DNA of 64,000 nt from Abditibacteriaceae bacterium (GTDB lineage: Bacteria > Armatimonadota > Abditibacteriia > Abditibacteriales > Abditibacteriaceae), in assembly GCA_965277285.1 (NCBI GenBank), contig OZ255721.1, forward strand, positions 1 through 64,000. Reading direction: 5' to 3'. Made by a program: the position numbers and the translations under genes. Below the pieces are notes generated by a model. The model saw nothing but the letters and a program-made list of their open reading frames with translations, ran no database searches and had not been told where the DNA came from. Below, piece after piece: positions 62,231 to 64,000 of this stretch; the stretch's first letter is position 1, and every line of letters begins with the position of its first letter.

Positions 62231-64000
62231 ATGAATTTGAAAGTTTGGAAGGATAAGCAAGGCCGTTGCGCGGCTGGTTTTTCCCTTGTCGCTGTTGTTT
62301 TGACGTTGCTGACGACGGTTCCGGCGCACGCGGATGTCGTCGGGCGATTGCGCATTGTCGTCAAAAACATTGACAGCGAGAAGCCGGTCGCGGGCGCAAC
62401 CGTTGTTTTGCACGATTCGGCGGGCGTGCGTGCCGATACGACGCTGACGACTGGCGCCGATGGCTCGGTGACGACCGATGCGATAGAAAACCGACCGTTT
62501 ACAGTGACGGTTTCGGGCACTAATTTCGAGACGGGAACACAAAACGCGACGGTTGTCGCCGATGCTACGACCGATGTCGCGGTCGAATTAGAGCCTGTTG
62601 AAAAAACGATCAAGGTTTCAGGCGCGCGCACGACGCTGCGCCGCAGCAATACGGGAACCGTCACGACGCGCTCGCGCAATTTCATTGCAAATTCGCCCGC
62701 CACCAACAACAATCCGCAGCAGTTGACGGGTATTGTTTCCACCGTGCCAGGCTTTGTGCTGGACTCGAACAACCAGGCGCACCCGCGTGGCGAGCACACC
62801 GCGACGACGTTGTATTTGGGCGGCTTTCAATTGGGCAGCACGCTGCAAGGTCGATTTGGGCCGATTATCGCGCCGGACGCGCTGGAAAACTTAGATGTGC
62901 AAACCGGCTCGTATGCGCCCGAATACGGCAGCGAAACCGCCGCGATTTTAAACGCGACCGTGCGCAGCGGAACCATCACGCCGACTTACGGATTTGATCT
63001 GGGCGGCGGTTCCTTTGCGGATCGTCGGGCAATATTTTCGCTGGGCGGGCAGGCGGGCGATCCGCTGGGCGCGCCCGATGCACAAGGCCGCCAGGCGAAG
63101 CGCTTCGGCTATTTCGTTTCGGGAACCGCGCGCAGCACGGACAACGCGCTCGAGCCGCCGCAACCCGACGACCAGACGGCGCACAATCACGCTTCAGCGG
63201 AAAGCCTGCTGGGTCGCTTCGATTACACATCGAGTACTCGAGACAAGTTCACGCTCACGATGTCAACCGCTCCGGCCAACACGCAGGTCGCCAATCGCAC
63301 CGGATTGCCCGACAAATACGCGCCTTATGGACAAGGCTTCGGTTTCGGCGGCGCGTTGTCGCGCTCGCAGGCAGCACTTGAAGGCATCGCTTCGCAGGAA
63401 GCGGATGGACAGGACATCAATCAGCGCGACAGCAACAATTTCGGCATTTTGCAGTGGCGCCATACTTTCAATCCGACGACGACGGGTTTGTTGTCCTTCG
63501 GTTTGCAAAGCGGCAAGCTGAACGTGACCAACAACAATCCCGCCGTCAACTTGAGCGCGTTGCCCAACGACAATTCGATTGAGTTCAACCCGAACGTAAC
63601 GCGCGACGCGAAGCACACGCAGGGCGAAGGCAGCCTGACCAAACTCAGCGGCGATCACACTTTGAAGACCGGCTTCGTTCTGGATGAGCAGCGCGGCAAC
63701 GAAAGCTATCAGTTGACGCCCGCCAGCCAGTTGGCGACAGACGCCTTGTTTGCCAATGCGCCGACGCTTTTGCCCGCTGGCGCGCCCGTTTTGGATGGCG
63801 GCGGCAAACCAGTACTCGATGCGAACGGCAACCCGGAATACGCGATCACGCCGGGCGCGACTTCGCCCACCGTCAACATCAACCGCAACGGTTATTATCG
63901 CGCGGCTTACGTGCAGGACACCTGGAAAGTCACGCGGAAGTTCACCGCCAATTACGGTTTGCGCTTCGATGCGTTCAAGCAAACTCCCAACATCGGGACG
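62231..64000 (+). CDS. TonB-dependent receptor with N-terminal carboxypeptidase-regulatory-like domain (runs off window; absent from ORF track)
   Basis: MNLKVW...PAHA signal; KPVAGATV; plug HPRG...VQTGSYAPEYG; barrel HTLKTG, AYVQDTWKV...NYGLRFD; AGGA RBS. Confidence 0.88.
   Translation, partial: MNLKVWKDKQGRCAAGFSLVAVVLTLLTTVPAHADVVGRLRIVVKNIDSEKPVAGATVVLHDSAGVRADTTLTTGADGSVTTDAIENRPFTVTVSGTNFETGTQNATVVADATTDVAVELEPVEKTIKVSGARTTLRRSNTGTVTTRSRNFIANSPATNNNPQQLTGIVSTVPGFVLDSNNQAHPRGEHTATTLYLGGFQLGSTLQGRFGPIIAPDALENLDVQTGSYAPEYGSETAAILNATVRSGTITPTYGFDLGGGSFADRRAIFSLGGQAGDPLGAPDAQGRQAKRFGYFVSGTARSTDNALEPPQPDDQTAHNHASAESLLGRFDYTSSTRDKFTLTMSTAPANTQVANRTGLPDKYAPYGQGFGFGGALSRSQAALEGIASQEADGQDINQRDSNNFGILQWRHTFNPTTTGLLSFGLQSGKLNVTNNNPAVNLSALPNDNSIEFNPNVTRDAKHTQGEGSLTKLSGDHTLKTGFVLDEQRGNESYQLTPASQLATDALFANAPTLLPAGAPVLDGGGKPVLDANGNPEYAITPGATSPTVNINRNGYYRAAYVQDTWKVTRKFTANYGLRFDAFKQTPNIGT

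Noticed and set aside
62168..63982. ORF-track entries in the last 1.8 kb
   Set aside because: They are shadows of the unlisted TonB-dependent receptor frame starting at 62231 that runs off the window.

Overview
Bacterial chromosomal window. The TonB-dependent receptor indicates a diderm, and the atp-murA-mreB gene order is Terrabacteria-like, so an Armatimonadota/Abditibacteriota-type lineage is inferred but not verified. Positions 1-40.5 kb are accessory and decaying. They hold an ATPase/DUF4276-like pair, a Type III R-M locus, scattered integron debris (an intI pseudogene, about 11 attC-like sites and cassette-type genes), IS5/IS3/IS110 elements and remnants, a TPR-CHAT pseudogene, a Ser/Thr kinase-AAA-GAF-histidine kinase signalling locus and glycan-active proteins. 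Positions 40.7-56 kb are core: pyrH, mreB, murA and a complete F1Fo atp operon with two inserted genes and odd subunit extensions. The end carries a large secreted glycoside hydrolase and a DUF2946 (CruR-like) uORF before a TonB-dependent receptor. Two signals stand out. (1) The palindrome TCGAGTACTCGA is highly iterated: 22 perfect 12-mers and about 38 GAGTACTC cores by manual count, in all coding frames, often extended into 18-30 bp perfect palindromes. (2) An IS110 remnant is inserted at a CT core inside an attC site, and its non-coding left end folds like a bridge RNA with guides matching that attC sequence. All counts and alignments were done by eye.
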